Assembly (NCBI GenBank): GCA_039621445.1 | Contig: CP154954.1 | Coordinates: 24,130,954 to 24,194,953 of the forward strand | Source: Euglena gracilis | Taxonomy: Eukaryota | Direction: 5' to 3' | Length of the DNA stretch: 64,000 nt | Part shown: in pieces, positions 20,502 to 34,540 of the stretch | How the letters are laid out: every line of letters begins with the position of its first letter | Position numbering within the stretch: the first letter of the stretch is position 1 | The notes under the pieces: model-generated | Told to the model about the DNA's origin: nothing | Seen by the model: only the letters and a program-made list of their open reading frames with translations | The model's database searches: none | Program-made: the position numbers and the translations under genes

Positions 20502-23500
20502 ATGCAGATCTCAAACACCAACACATCAAAAGCTTTGATTAGTTCTTTGAGGAAGTTTGGTGAAGATTTGTCGCAGGAGTATATGCTCCAACCCAGGTGT
20601 GTGGCCCTATCTGGGGCAACTCCCAGCTCTCTTGAGCGTCCCCCCACCCAGTGGTTTCCAGCTCTATTGAGCACCCACCCGCCTCAGTTTTCAGCTCTAT
20701 TGAGCATCCCCTTACCGTAATTTTCAGCTCTACCGAGCATTCCCCCACCCCGCTTTCCAGCTCTATCGAGCATTCCCCCCACAGCTCTGTCGAGCAACCC
20801 GCAACCCAAAGGGTGCCACACCTAACGGTGTCCTGCTCTATCGAGCATCCCCCCACAGTGGCCAGCTCTATCGAGCAATTACCTCCAACCCCCAGCTCTA
20901 TAGAGCATTCCCCCACCGTTCCCAGCTCTATCGAGCATTCCAACGCCCAAAGGGTGCAACACCTAACGGTATCAAGCTCCATTGAGCATTTCCCCACCCA
21001 GGAGTTTCTGCACCTAACGGTGTTTGATTTAGGCGATAACCCCGCTGCGCAATGGGTGCAACGCCTATCGGCGTGTGGCTCTATCGAGCAACCCATCGCC
21101 CAGTGTGATTATCAGCCTTTGCTGCAAAGTCAGGCACCTTGTTGTACTTCCCTGCATCAGGATGTCTCAACGGTGCCTACAGGCACAATTGACAAACAAC
21201 CCAGCGATGTGGTGCACCGCATGCTGGCATGTCCCCCAAAGGAGGTCACACCCGCACAAAACTCTCAGAGACTGAGCGAAAAGTTGTGTGAGATGCAATC
21301 CAGCAATGATGCGGCATTTTTGCACATGCAACATAGTTTGCAAAATTTGTTTACAAAAGTGGAGCCAATAACGGCACTTTTTGAGCACAAAAGTCCTGAT
21401 ATGGGAGCTTTTGTTACCTTGAAGCAGTTCGATACCCTAGCTGCTGCATTCCAGGAAGCGCATCAGTGCAATATGCAACTGAGCCGTGAATCAGCACATT
21501 TTAACCATATGCACCCAACCTGGTGAAGGTTTCGCTTCCAGCATTTATGTGCAGCAATTGGAGAAAAGACTTTCCCGGTTGGAGCTAAAATCATGCAGGT
21601 GTGGTGAATATTCTGCTGAAATAACAAGTTTTTACGCCCATATCGCGAATATCGCAAGCAGGCAGGATGCTTCTCACCAACGGTGGCAGAATAACATTGT
21701 TGACATCCAAACCGCAATTGCGGAGTTGCAGAACCGCAATGCGGTACCATGTTCACATAATTTTGAAATTTCAACGATTTTTCCACAGTATGCGTGATGA
21801 AAATCACCAAGTCAGGAAAAATTTTTGTGACGGTCCGATACGGACCGAGGAAACAGTGCATCAGCAAGTCAAAAACTTGCAAAAAGATTTCTCAGCGCTA
21901 TCCGCGCAAGTTTCGGTGTTTTTGGAACAGCCAATGGCTGAAAATGTGCGGAATCCGCAAAATACCCCTCCTTCCAAACCATCTCCACAACTGGAGTCTA
22001 TTTCCGAAGCTGTGCACACTCTAGCTGTGCGACTACGGGAATTGGAAAGTGGTTTTGGAAAATTCTCGCAAGATTTCCGTTCTTTTTCTGACAAAATCCC
22101 TCTTCTGGACGTTATGTCCAAACACCGCAGGTGTATTAAGCGTTTGCAGGAAGAAATTGGTGCAATCACCGATCATCTGAAAATTCTCGAAATTTGGAGA
22201 AAATTTTTCGTGACCTTACAGAAAATTTGGATCAAGTACACGCACAATTGCGTTTTTTACAACAAAAACCCGATATGGGTGTTGTAGGCACACTTGCCGC
22301 AGATTCCAGCTCCAAAAGCGCTAAAAAGCGCACCTGTGGCAGAGCCTATTGGCACATTGCCACACAATTACAGTTCTGCTCATGCAGTCGTCCCTCCCCC
22401 AGCGGTACCAGTCCCAATGGACCATTCTTTGGATGATGGGGTTGGTTTTCAAGAGAAAGACAAGCGAAACCCTCAAAGAAATCGAAAAATTTGGGAATAT
22501 GAACTTTGTCGCGATATGAGCCGCACTCCCGCACATGGTATTTATCCTGAGAGGCATCATCATCACCATTCGCGCATTCGCCATTCACCAAGTTTGCAAG
22601 GTACCTATGGTACACCAAGTGGAATATTGAATGCGCATTCGCAAAATACACCCAAAAGTACACTTGGTGCAACCACCGAGGTACCCGCGCATGATGCGGT
22701 TTTGCGCCCAGGCCCATCCTCCTTGAATACCACCGAAGGGCCATGGGAGTCTCAGAAAGATATCAAAGGAATCATCGCTATCGCTAAAAAGGTGAAGCCC
22801 CAATGGGATGGTGACCCCACAACGTGGAAACAGTTTTGGCGTGATTGGGAATATTATTGGGATCTGAAAGGACCAACCCATAACCAAAACCCAGAGGTAA
22901 TCAAAATGGAATTCATAGATAGTCTACCAAAAGATGAAAATGAACGCGCCATACAATTGGTCATTCGCGGGCGCATTTCTTTCCAGGATTTGGTTGAGCA
23001 ACATGCTTCATCATGTTCCAGTTTGGTTACCAGATTAACTCTGGAGAAAAAACGGCAATATGCCCCCCATGACCGAAAATGGAGGTCGATAGACCTATGG
23101 TACTCAAAATGGCTTTCTTTGGCAGCTGAAGTAGACGAGGTAGGTGAAAACAAAATCAAAGAGCAATTTGACGCAGTATTAATGCACTTTATACCCAAAC
23201 TCATCAAAGATATTCACCGCGAGGAACTCGCCGGACATATTTTGACGCTCGATGAGCGGTGGAACTATGTTTCCAAACAGTTGAAGCTATCACAGCTTCT
23301 AGGACAAATCCAGTCGGCTTATACGAGCCACCCCACAGCAAGAATATCCGCTATACAAGTCAGTTCTGTGAAAAAAGTGTCACGCTTATCACATACCGCT
23401 ATAGCGGAATCCAAATTGCGCAATTCGCGCTCTTCAGAAGAATTTTCGGACAAATTTTGCTTTTTGTGTAACAAAAAGGGTCATATGTCTTGCCATTGTC

Positions 23501-23970
23501 CAAATCCCGCAGCGAGAAAGCGCAACACAAGCCCAAGAGGATCAGCCTCATCATGCAGTTCTCGTTTTTCACAAAATGCGCATTCGCAAAATTCAAAATA
23601 CCGATCACGATCAACGTGTTCACTGTGCGGATCCACCAACCACCACCCCTCACCCAAATGTCGCTATGCGACTCCTCCCCACTCAAGCCATAGCCATCGC
23701 GGTATGACTCGCAGTTTAAAAGATCATACTTCAGCCAAAATGCATAAGGTAGGTCAACGAACAACCTCTATTGAGGATTATCACCCGGCTTCGGGCAGGG
23801 AGGGGGATGATACCCCACGTAACCAAAGGGATCATCCCTGCTTTAGCGCTCATAAATTCAGAGACGTATATGCGTCAAGAAAGTCAATGGCTGATATGGC
23901 CACTGCTTCGGATTTTGATTTTGTCGGATTTTGTCCCCGCTCAAAATTCTGCCACATTTTTGACATATAG
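20502..23970 (+). pseudogene. gag: Element C long Gag-like ORF, broken (SSIEH repeats, coiled-coil region, capsid-like region, zinc knuckles)
   Basis: KPQWDGDPTTWKQFWRDWEYYW and CFLCNKKGHMSCHC; homologous to B1 gag at 36152-39307. Confidence 0.8.
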
Positions 23971-24180
23971 ATAGTTTTTGTTTTTAACGGTTGTTGATGC
24001 ACTAGGGGATACCCCATGTGTGTCACTTGTGGTTGAATGGATTTACGCTCCAAGAATGCACACAGCTCCGCAAACTTCTTTCCCCCCCAAATCTTCCACT
24101 ACTCATCATTTTTACATACCGTTTTCGATGACAGCAATACCGTTTTCTACAACACCAACACCGTTTTCAACTCAGGGGTA

Positions 24181-24657
24181 CAGTCCCTGGGCGTAAATTT
24201 CCCCCCCCCCCTAGGGAGGGGTTTTTGGGCTCTTGACCAGGGGGGGGGAAATATTCGGCCGTTTCGGGCACTTCGTCCCGTCCCTTCTATTCTTTGAAGC
24301 CATGAAGCCGACCGGGATTCGGAATTCATTTGCCGTATGTTGTGGGGTTGTTATGGTATATTCCCGAAAACCTCTGTTCAGGGCGGTGGGTCTTATTGAT
24401 AGATACATGCCGGGGATGGTTCAATGGACAAAAAAACCCAAAAGATGCCAAGTCCTCGACCCAGGGGCCATGCAAGTGGTGAAGCTGTGCAGCCCTTGGA
24501 TGTACAAAAAAAAAACCCACCTGCCTTAGCTGTTCCTCTGGGGCTGAAGGGGGGGGGAAAGTTTTCGCCCGTTTCGGAGCCTTTTGCAAAACCAGGAAAA
24601 TTCCCAAATTTCAGGGGGGGAAATTTTCGGGGGGGGACAATTTACGCAGAGGGACTG
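24181..24657. mobile_element. Tc1/mariner-pogo-type MITE
   Basis: TIR CAGTCCCT..GCGTAAATT / AATTTACGC..AGGGACTG, flanked by TA on both sides; homology to family B resumes directly after it. Confidence 0.85.
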
Positions 24658-26342
24658 TAAAAAGAAAGTGCCGCCCCCCCCTACCCACCGCATATCCACA
24701 AACGTTCCACATGCGGTAGGGGTAACAAGTAGCTTAACAACCAATCGTTTCACTGGGTTCCAAGACGAAAGCCCTAAGGCCTGAAATTAGAATGGTTTCG
24801 AGTAGTCTCCCAGCTGCTTTCATTTTTCGTTTTCCACCAGGTTTGTCGATTGCAGGCAATCCTGTACACCCCCCGCAGCTAAAATTCGCATACAAATTTT
24901 CTTACACACTCCACCCCCCCAGACCAACATGCGCGACAAGGACAACTACTCAGCACCTCACCCAAAGGTGTGCACTCTAGGAGAAATTTCCACACAACCA
25001 ACAACCAAACACAAAAGGAAATAACTGAAACTAAACTAACCACCACCCTCGCGCCCATGGCGCCCCCGCCACTCAAGCGCCTATGGCCCCCCCACACGCC
25101 TTTGGCGCCTGCCTGCGCATCAAATTGTGTATAGCACAGACGCTGCGCCTATGGCGCCACCCACCCTCGCGCATAGCACAAATCTTGCGCATAATGACCC
25201 CCACCCCCCCCCGCCCCATAAGGCGCCCCCCAAAAACCGCGCCGAGGTAGCTCACACCCCGCGCATATTGCGCTCCCCACGCGCATACCGCGCATCTCGT
25301 GCATATTGTATTGCACACCGCGCCTAGCGCACCCCTCCCCCCCGCGCATATTGCATTGCGCAGCCAGCAAACAACCCCCCCCCCCACAAGATGCGCCCCC
25401 CCGCCCACCCGCGCATAGTGCCAATCTCGCACAATTGCGTATATCTTACAAACGGGTATCTGCCAAACCCAACCATATTATTTTGGGAATAAGTCCCAAA
25501 GATGTTTGTGTACATATTTCACAATGGCATTTTTGTTGTTGATTTGCAAACCACATGCTCAAAATGCAGATTTGGTTTACTTAAGCAACAAAAGTAGCCA
25601 TCCCCCCTTCTTTGACCACGAACTTGTTGGTCAAATTGGCGAACACCAAATGTGTTTGGATCATTCAAGCACACAGTTGCGCTCACTTCAAAGTTATTTG
25701 CAAAAACACAAGGTGTGTGATAAGTTTTTGGGATACATTGCAAATACTGCATTTTTCCCATGAACTTGCACAGATTTGTGAAGAACAGCTATTTTGTGAA
25801 TAAAATTTCTTATTGCAAAAGTGAATCCAGATAGGGAAATAAGTTGAATTCCTTGAGAAAATCTGCAACATAGTTGCCCCCCCCCCAAAAAAAAAGAAGA
25901 AAATTCATTCAAACATGCATTTTTTGTGGACTTGACCACTTAGCCTTAGGTCTGTGTGACCAATACACCCGATGATGTGCAAGGCCTATGGGCCATTACC
26001 CACGTGGTCCATGGGTCCATAGGACCAATTTGCACAAATTGCAAGGACCAAAAGGACCAAAGGTCCACAAATCCATATTATAAAGTTTAAAATCCATAGG
26101 ACCTCAAAAAATGGCACAAAAAGCCATATTGCATTGCTGAAAGTGGCTGAGTTGGCTAAAACAAGCCAAAGAGGCTAGTTTTATGCAGATTTGCACAAGT
26201 GTCACTTTGGCATACCCTCAAAACCACCACAAAAAGCTTCAAAATTTCTGGCACCTCGTAACATGAGGTTTTGACTGTATGTAGTAGTGCCTATGAGATA
26301 GGAACCAAAAGTTGTCTTTATAGAATAAATTATGGAAGCTTA

Positions 26343-27946
26343 CCGGGGATGATCTAATTCCGGAGGTTTTTAATCCGGACGCTCAAATTCCGTTGGCCCA
26401 AAGGCCGGACCGGAATTTGTGATGCTGAACTTCGCGTTTTTTAAATTAGGCCTCGCCTGCTACAAAAAAAATGCCAGAAAGATGGGAAACAGAGACCAAC
26501 AAGGTTGAGCGTGGATTACATGTAACTAGTCTAAAGTTTCACAGAATGCTTCATCCCAGTTGATTCCTTCGTTAGGTGAAATAGTATTTTCGTGTTTCGG
26601 GCTGAGTGACCTGAGTCTGTTTCCCTGCCAGAACGATAGCCTGGGTGATTGAGGAGAGTTCAGAGTTGGTCCAGTTCACTGAAAGTCGATTTTGCAAATT
26701 TGAGTTTTTCGTCCTTTGCAGTGACAGGAAGCCAAGCTGCAGCCTGATACCAGTTTTAATCTGATTCCTCCCCAGTGAACCGCAGAAAACACCTCTGGTT
26801 GACCTTCCAACCTTCAAAGATCGAAAAGATATGGCCAGTTCAAAGTTATGGCATGTTGAGTGAATGATGCTCATTTAGGTTCATTTTTTGGTTGAGGAAT
26901 GTGAGCCACAGGCATTTAGTTAAGTTAATTTTCTCTCAGCCAATTCACTTGTTGACTTTAAAATGCAAGGGAGGAGACAGACTTGAGGGAGGAAGGTTTT
27001 CCTTCTTTTTTTCCCCACAGGACATTGAGATTGAGACAGAGTTAATTTCAATTGAAAGAGTTCACAACGTTGAATTCGAATGGAAAGAAGTTTTGAGAAT
27101 GACCAAATGTTTTGAGCACCTGAAACTTTGAAAAGTGGCAGTGAAGTCAATTGAAGGTGTGCCTTTTTTATTCGGCTGAGAAGCAAGTTCCGGCAAGCAA
27201 GGATTCCACCTTAATTGATTTGCGCGGCCTTGTGTTTTCTTCCTCCGTGTTTCTTTGTGCGTTAGTTTTAGTTTTTTGTAGGGTTTTCTAATGGACTTTT
27301 CCAAAAAATGAAACTTCAACTTCTAAGTCAACTCCCACAGGTTGAAATGGACTTTTTTGAAAACCCGGTTTTGGCGCAAGGAGGCCGAATGCCCGAAATG
27401 TTATGCAAAAACATCTGGCAAAAAAATCAGCTGTTATTTTTATGGGTGGTTTAAGCCTTTCAAAGGGAGGGGTGGGGGTTTTTGAGGTCAAGGAATCCCA
27501 ACAACCCTGTAACCAGCAGCCGAAACCAATTTTTTTTTGGATTCATTTACCCCCCCCCCCTAGTCGTATGACCACCCCTCATTTATGACCACCCCCCGGT
27601 CACAGGTTGCAGGTCATGGGGGTGTTATGACCACCCCCCCCCGGTCACAGGTTGCAGGTTGCGAAAAATTTAACAACACCTCACGGACAACCGCCGCCTC
27701 GTTTATGACCAGCCCCCGGTCACAGGTTGCAGGAACCCGGTCATACGACTAGGGGGGCGGCACTGACGACGAACTCGCGGGGGAACCAAAAAAATGTTCC
27801 AAAAAGGATGCCACGCTTTTTGCGGTCGTTTCACGAAATGCAAACCTGCGTGCTCTGGGCGGTGTAACATATCGGCGTCCGTTTGAAATGTCGACCGAAA
27901 TTAATGTCGTCCGGAATAAGAGCCGCCGGAATTAGGTCGTCCCCGG
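26343..27946. mobile_element. Non-autonomous TA-flanked TIR transposon (pogo/Tc1-like)
   Basis: 21-bp TIR ccggggatgatctaattccgg / ccggaattaggtcgtccccgg (2 mismatches), TA on both sides; faint INWDE remnant on the minus strand near 26560. Confidence 0.7.
27555..27757. mobile_element. Small MITE-like inverted-repeat element
   Basis: Perfect 19-bp IR cccccctagtcgtatgacc / ggtcatacgactagggggg; three internal ggtcacaggttgcagg repeats. Confidence 0.7.
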
Positions 27947-30900
27947 TATAGCCAAAGCTCACTCACACAGGCAAAAGATCAAAGACGTATCTCAGCGCAT
28001 GTAGCTGGCCGATAGGCCATGTTACCCCTCGTTCGAAAGCTCGTTCGATGAGCCGTCCAGCGGTGCAAACAGATCGCTGTAACTCTGCACGGTACTCTTA
28101 TTTGAGGAGATCGTGAAAAATTGAATTAAGCCCAGCCAATCCGGCCAAAAGCCAAATTATGGGCCAGATCTTGTACGATCGTGTACCAGACTGGCAAATC
28201 AGCCTGAAAGGCTTCTATACTGTTCCCCACAACGTTTCTGATGGCTAATTACCATTGGTTACCAGATGGGCTAATGGCCATTTTTTAGTACCTTTGGCAG
28301 CATTCTGCCCATTACCCCCTCTGTATGGGCTATTAGGCCTGGTACAGTTCAGAGGGCTATAGCCCACAATTTGGAGCCATTTCGACTCACTAGAATCATT
28401 TTTAGGATTACTTATGTGCAAATTTTCATTCAAATCATTGATTTTCTGCAATTTTTGGTGATTTTCCCCTATTCTGGCACTCATATCCCTAATGGGAGTG
28501 ATCTTGAGGCACTATGCCAGAGTGGAATGCAAAGGGATATGCTGATAATGGCAATTTTTTCTTTGCTCAAGATGTCATAGACATGTTTTACCTGTATTTT
28601 CAAGCGTATGTTTGCTTTTTTGCGATATTTTTGCACAATTTTAGAGCTTTTTGGGTGATGTGGTGTTATTAGACACCCAAATCCCAAAATCTATATACAA
28701 CAGCAAACATGCAGTGTTATTGGACACTCCAAACAAGCACTATGTGCACTTGGCACATTTACAGTCTTAAATGACTCAAAATGCAACAAAGTTGCACTTT
28801 TGGTTACAAAAATGCAACTCTCGACGCAGAATCGGCATTTATGCCCTAAATCCTGATAGGGATTTCCCTAAAAATCTGACAAAAGTCAGTATTTCTCAGT
28901 GGCATAGTCACTAATGATGAGATTTTGTCATGTTTGCAGTATTTTTTCCTGCTTACCACACCAATGGCATTCTTGCCCCACCCCCCTCCCCCCGCTTCAT
29001 TCAGTGGGATCCCCTTACCGATATAATTCGGAGGACCCAATGGTCATCATCTGCAGCACCAATGGTGTCATTCTGCAAGGTTTATAAGAACCATAGCTCA
29101 GAAATGGTGAAATCCAGCTTTTTTTTCTTGTGCGCAATATGGGGATACCCACAATTTTTCATAATCACACTTTGCTTTTGGAGGTATCATGGCTCTGATT
29201 TTACTGAAAGGTCCAGAGTGATGAATTTCACCGCACTGGAACCATGTCACATCCTTTTATGTGCATTCACAGTTCATTCATTTGCGGTTTTTCAAAGTGG
29301 TATAAGCCACTCCAACCACAGTTGTTCTGTGAATTGGCAGCAGCCTGCCACGACTCCGCATTTTTTCTGCGGTTGTATACCTCAGTATGATCTTTTGGCA
29401 ATATGCCGAATTTTTTTGATTCGGGTATACACCCAGTAGTATTTTTGTGCCATGCATATTCCGCAAGGCAATGTTTCTCGGCGATAAAGCCTACCCCCCC
29501 ATTATTTTTGGCTAATGCCAACCGTTCAGCCTACAGGCTGCACACCCAAGACACAACTGCCAAATCTACAGTTTTTATGGCTACTGCCCGCTATTATGAG
29601 GTATACGCCTCTGGGGATACCCCATCGACAACATCGTGCTCGCGCTGCATTGTGAAGACTTCACAGCGGTATATGCCGCAGTAAGAAGACGCACAGCGTA
29701 CAGCGCGCACACCGTAATAATAGGGCCAACTTGTTACTTTTCGGACTTAAGGCCCCCATAAGACTGCCAGACAGCAAATTTTCTTTATAAGGTCTTTAGA
29801 CCAGCCCCCCACTCCACTCCCCTTTCCCCCCCCGGGAAAAATCGCTGTCGCCGGCAGTTGGTTTTGTAAATAGGGTTTCTTCCCTGGTCAGGTATGACTG
29901 GCCAGGTGCCCCCTCCTTCCACACCCACCCGAGAATTCGTTTTCCGATCACGGAATACACCACCCCAAGTGCCATAGGCACACCCAAACCTGGGAGGATG
30001 GGATTTCTGGAAAGAAAACCTTCCAGCCCCACTTTCCAAGTGGGCTCTTCCACTTCCACCCCTTTGCCGCAATAAGTAGACACCGCATAAGCGGTTAACT
30101 ACTTTTGCGCGTTCCTGCGTTATTTCGCACTTTCCTTCCCACACCCCTGGTGACAGGAGAACCAAAAGCCGCATACGGCTCTGTGACAGGTCCCCGTCCC
30201 CAGGACTGTGTCCGGCATTCCGACTGGCCTGGTCCAGTAGGGAAATCAGGCATAGCCCTGGGAGGGGGATGTGTACCAGGCAGCCGTAAGGCCATGGTAC
30301 TGTGTATGTAGGTATAAGCCTACGGCCAGATATAGCTCTGAGCCCCATACACAGTACTATGCTAGGTGGTATTCCTAAAGATGGCCAACGGCCTGAATTA
30401 GGAATACCTAACCCTTATTCTGGTTCTCCTCTCCATAGGTGGTTTTCGTATTCTTATTCTTTTGTTTTCAGGTTTCATTAGCCCAAAAGGGCACATCAAG
30501 ATTTGAAGATTTGAACTCCGAGTGGAGTACACTTGTGGAACTAGTTTCCCAAGAAACCTTCTGGTTTGCCTTGTGCTCTGCATAAGCCCAAAGGCAATAA
30601 AAACTAATATTTAAGTGAAAGACTTTCTTTTTGTTACTCTCCTGGTTCTGTTCCCACGGGAGAGTGTAAGTAGGCCGACAGGCAGTGGGAATAGAGTCAG
30701 GGGACGTACACTAATGTCCGTGTAATACACCAAACCGGTCATCATCGCCTGGGTGCACATACACCACAGGGCTGGAGGGGTATTCGCGATGTTCAAAATT
30801 TGACGACAGTGGTCATCCCACAATACCTGTGTGAGGTGGTGTGGTGCCGGGTTTGCGCTCATACGCGTCACCCGGTTCATCTTCTCCGCCGTGCGGTGGA

Positions 30901-31292
30901 ACATCACACCCGCATACGGTGGGAGGCGACGAGAGCCTGATGGCTGAGATGATCGCGCTTCCGCGGGCATCGGGGTCAACCTGGTACTGCTGCTGGCTTC
31001 AGGGTTTCCCTGAGCCGCAGTCCGTGCAGGTGGCTGCGTACCGTATCGGTACGCATACTGGTCAGGTGGAGGGTGAGTGGTGGGGTGGTAAGGCGGTCCT
31101 CCGCCTGGCTCCCTTCCACCGGGCAGCATGATACTGCCCGGGGTCGGTGCGGTGGGATGGTTAGGTTGTTGGTTGTGAGGTGGTAAGGGTAACCGCTGGA
31201 CTATTGTCTGGTGAAAAGAATTCTGCGGAAAGAAAGAATGATAAGGATCAATAGTAAAAGAAAAGAAAACAACATGGGTTTCCCATGCGTTC

Positions 31293-32400
31293 TCAAAAAC
31301 TTGTCATGGAAACATCAATGTTATGCTTCTTGTTCCACAGCTTCCAATCTTGCTGGACATACCCAACAAACCTGGTTCCTGGCTCCCAAGGGTCCTCCTC
31401 GGGCCCATACCCTTTCCAGCGGACCTTCCAAAGGTGCATACCTTTGTCGATTTTGTGATCGAAAGTTTTATCGACTACAAAGTCGTCCGTCTCAGGTAAT
31501 CTGGAACGGGGCTGGAAGTGTAGGCACGGGATGGGTTTCCCATCCGGCGGAGACAAGTGTGGCTTGAAGTCGTCCATATGAACGTCCTCAACACCATTCG
31601 GTAATGCAATCTTGTATCGCCCGCTGGTACCTAGTCTTTCTAGGATTTCACAGGGGCCGAGCCAAAGGGGGTCCAGTTTGGAAGACTGCATGCGAGTACG
31701 GCTATTCCGCACCCACACGCGGTCACCGGGACTATACACAGGTGACTTGAAAATTTGCAAATACGATTTCCGTTTAGTTGCATGAATATCAGTGACTCGC
31801 TTCTGGACTGCAGAACGTAGATTTTCTACTTCCGCAAACCAGGTCTCGCAACTGACACTCGTTCGGGCGGGTCTCTCCAAAGGGAGATCCCCTATGGCCG
31901 GAGGGTCCCGTCCGAAAACTAATTTATAAGGGGAGTGGGGCAAAACCAACCGTGTTAAGGTATTGATATAAAACAAAGTCCATGGTAGCACTGATATCCA
32001 GTTGCTGCGCGAGTCAGCCAGTGAAAGGCGAAGCATATTCACGACGGATTTCACGGCTGCCTCGGCTCTACCATTGCCTTTGTCGGTATATAATGGAAAC
32101 ATGTTGCTCAATTCCGAGTAAACCGCACAAAGTGGTGAAAAACCTTGAAGAAATCAAATGGTCTTGATCACTCACAATTTCATTCGGTAAACCCATCAAA
32201 CAGATACATTTCTCCAAAAATGTAGTTGCCAAACTTTGGGCAGTCAACCCTGACTTCTGGCATGGAAAGGCTACAATGTACCCACTCAGCCTGCAGACGA
32301 CAACAAAAACGTAATCGTAAATTTTGTCGTCCGTTCCTTTGCACGGTTCTAATTCCAGAAAATCCATGCAGAGGTCCTTGCTTCCACGTCGGCATCTTCC
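31293..32400 (-). pseudogene. pol: Element B1 integrase core plus chromodomain (HHCC region deleted)
   Basis: CMDF, SDQD, GNGRAE; WLGPC; FVVDK..WKVRWKGYGPEEDPWEP. Confidence 0.9.
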
Positions 32401-32539
32401 ACGCCCTGGTGCGACCAGGAATAGTTGTGAAACGGGAAAAGAATCCAAAAGATTGCCCGCACCGTCGTTTCGACGTGCGTACTCGTCAGCTTCATGACTT
32501 CCATGAAAAGTCGTGTCTCCCTCATTCGGGTTCCCAGGG

Positions 32540-33950
32540 AAATACCAAGGGGCCCGACTGAGCGAATCCGCTACTTTCTGTGTGTGACCAGGGGTATAAA
32601 TAACCAAAAGGTTGAATTAACTCAAGAACTCATGCCATCTGCAACGCCTTCCGACCGATGACATGGCCTTGTTCAAATCCTCGGTGTACCAGTGTTGGAG
32701 ACTCTCATGATCGGTCTTGACGAGGATCTGGACGAGGCTGCTGCCGACCAAGCTTCGAAATTTCTGGAGTATAAGCACGATTGCGTAGGTTTCCTTCTTG
32801 CGTATACTTCACTTAACTTTACCTTTACCGTCGTCGCCCTGTAGCTTTCTGCTGAATAAAGCCACAGGTCGGAGTTCGTTCGCCGCGTTTTGCTGGCTAA
32901 GAACTCCGCCAACAGCGTAATCGCTGCTGTCGACTTCCAGGACATATGGTTTGCACGGGTCCGCGATTTCGAGGACAAAATTCTCTAAAAGCAACACCTT
33001 GATTCTCTCATGGGCGTCGCGCATTTGGTCATTCCAAATGACTTTGGTGTTGTCAACAGCCCGTTTTTGAGCTGTTTGGTGAGGGGCACCACGATTTTGG
33101 CGAAGTCCCTGACATGTATCACGTAGTAATGGGCTAATCCCAAAAATCCTTTGAGGTGAGTAATCGTTTTGATTACCTCAGGGGTCCATTTCTTCGTGGC
33201 TTCGAGTTTGCTCGGAGCGGCTTTCCGCTGTCCATTGCTGAGGATGTGGCCGCAAAATTTTATAATCTCGCGAAACAAATGCATTTTCGCGCCTTTCGCG
33301 AAAAGCACATGTTTTTCAAAAGAGGTTAATACCGCGCAAACATGGTGAAAGTGTGTGTCGAGGACATCCTCGCTTGATTTTGCGGATGATGGTGGTGTTC
33401 CCACCAGCACATCATCAATGTAGACAATGGCACACGGTAAGTCGCGTAAAACCCATTGAATCATGCGTTGAAACATGCCTGGGCCATTCTTAACACCCAT
33501 GGGGAGTACCGTCCATTGGTACACACCCTTGGATCTCACGAATGCCGTGTATGCTTGGGAGTCAGGGTGTAAGTGCATTTGATGAAAACCGTCCTCCAGA
33601 TCGAAAATTGACCACAACCGGTTTTCTGATGGTTTGGTGATCAAATCCTCGTTCAGGGGGAGCGGGAAGGCACCATCCCTTGTCTGGGAGTTCAGGTACC
33701 GGTAATCCAGCACCAGTCTCCATTTCTCCGGACCTGAGGGGTCTGGGGGTTTAGGAACACCAAATGCCTTGGATGTCCACTCGCTTTTTGACGGTACAAT
33801 CCACTTGCGCTGAAGAAGCTTCTCAATCATTTCATTGAGAGCTTGTTCGCCTTCTCCCGAACAACGAAAAAATTTTCGGTGCATTGGTTTGGCTCCTTCC
33901 TTAAGCTCAATTTTGCAAACACCGAACGGACAGCGTCTCGCGGGGTCATT
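32540..33950 (-). pseudogene. pol: Element B1 reverse transcriptase and RNase H, frameshifted
   Basis: WRLVLDYRYLN, DLEDGFHQ, PMGVKNGPGMFQ, YIDD; EVDSSDYAVGGVL, ADSLSR. Confidence 0.92.
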
Positions 33951-34119
33951 GTCGCACGCGTATACTGGACTTTCCAGCACACCGTGAAATTCACGGGTAA
34001 TACGCGAACAGAATTCTTCTGACTTAGGATGCTGACCTGCACTCCCGATGACCACGGAAACCGCCAGGGTTTCCCTGGGGTTACCGAGCTTCCTCGTCAC
34101 CGCGAATGCGGACGTTCCG

Positions 34120-34540
34120 AATGCATCGAAGAAGTATACGCGAAAAATGATTTCTTGCAAAGGTGGTAATATTTTACCACAAAAAAATTCAAAAATCGGT
34201 ACATTGGTGGGTAAATCCCACCAATGAAAACAGACGGACGATAATTGGGTGAGCCATTCCGCTTCCGGAATGATGGGTATGAGAATAACTCCACGGGATT
34301 CATCCCGCAGAATTTTCTCAACCGCACATTCGATAAGTTTTGGAGGGGGGTGCATCCATAACACCGTATCACCCCAAATTTATCAAATGCGTTGGAGTGT
34401 TGTGACCAATGACGTGGCAAACGGGCTTGTGCATTGGATGAAAAGGCATCGATTTCCAATGCCAAATCAAAGGAATCAGCCAATGTCGCGATTTTGGAAA
34501 ACCATCGTTCCAAAATGCGATATTGACCAAAATTGAAAGC
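34120..34540 (-). pseudogene. Element B1 Dam-like methyltransferase domain (frameshift near 34375)
   Basis: EIDAFSSNAQARLPRHWS..SNAF, then LWMHPPPKLIECAVEKILRDESRGVILIP..EWLTQL; same motif series as element A, with HPPP at the NPPY/F position. Confidence 0.75.

Larger units (their letters stand above)
19813..30712 (+). mobile_element. Element C: internally deleted relative of family B (gag remnant, no recognisable pol)
   Basis: LTRs 19813-20256 and 30270-30712 (about 8 differences); TSD AATGT at 19808-19812 and 30713-30717; PBS TGGTAGCAGA 20257-20266; PPT before 30270; empty site near 62070. Confidence 0.92.
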
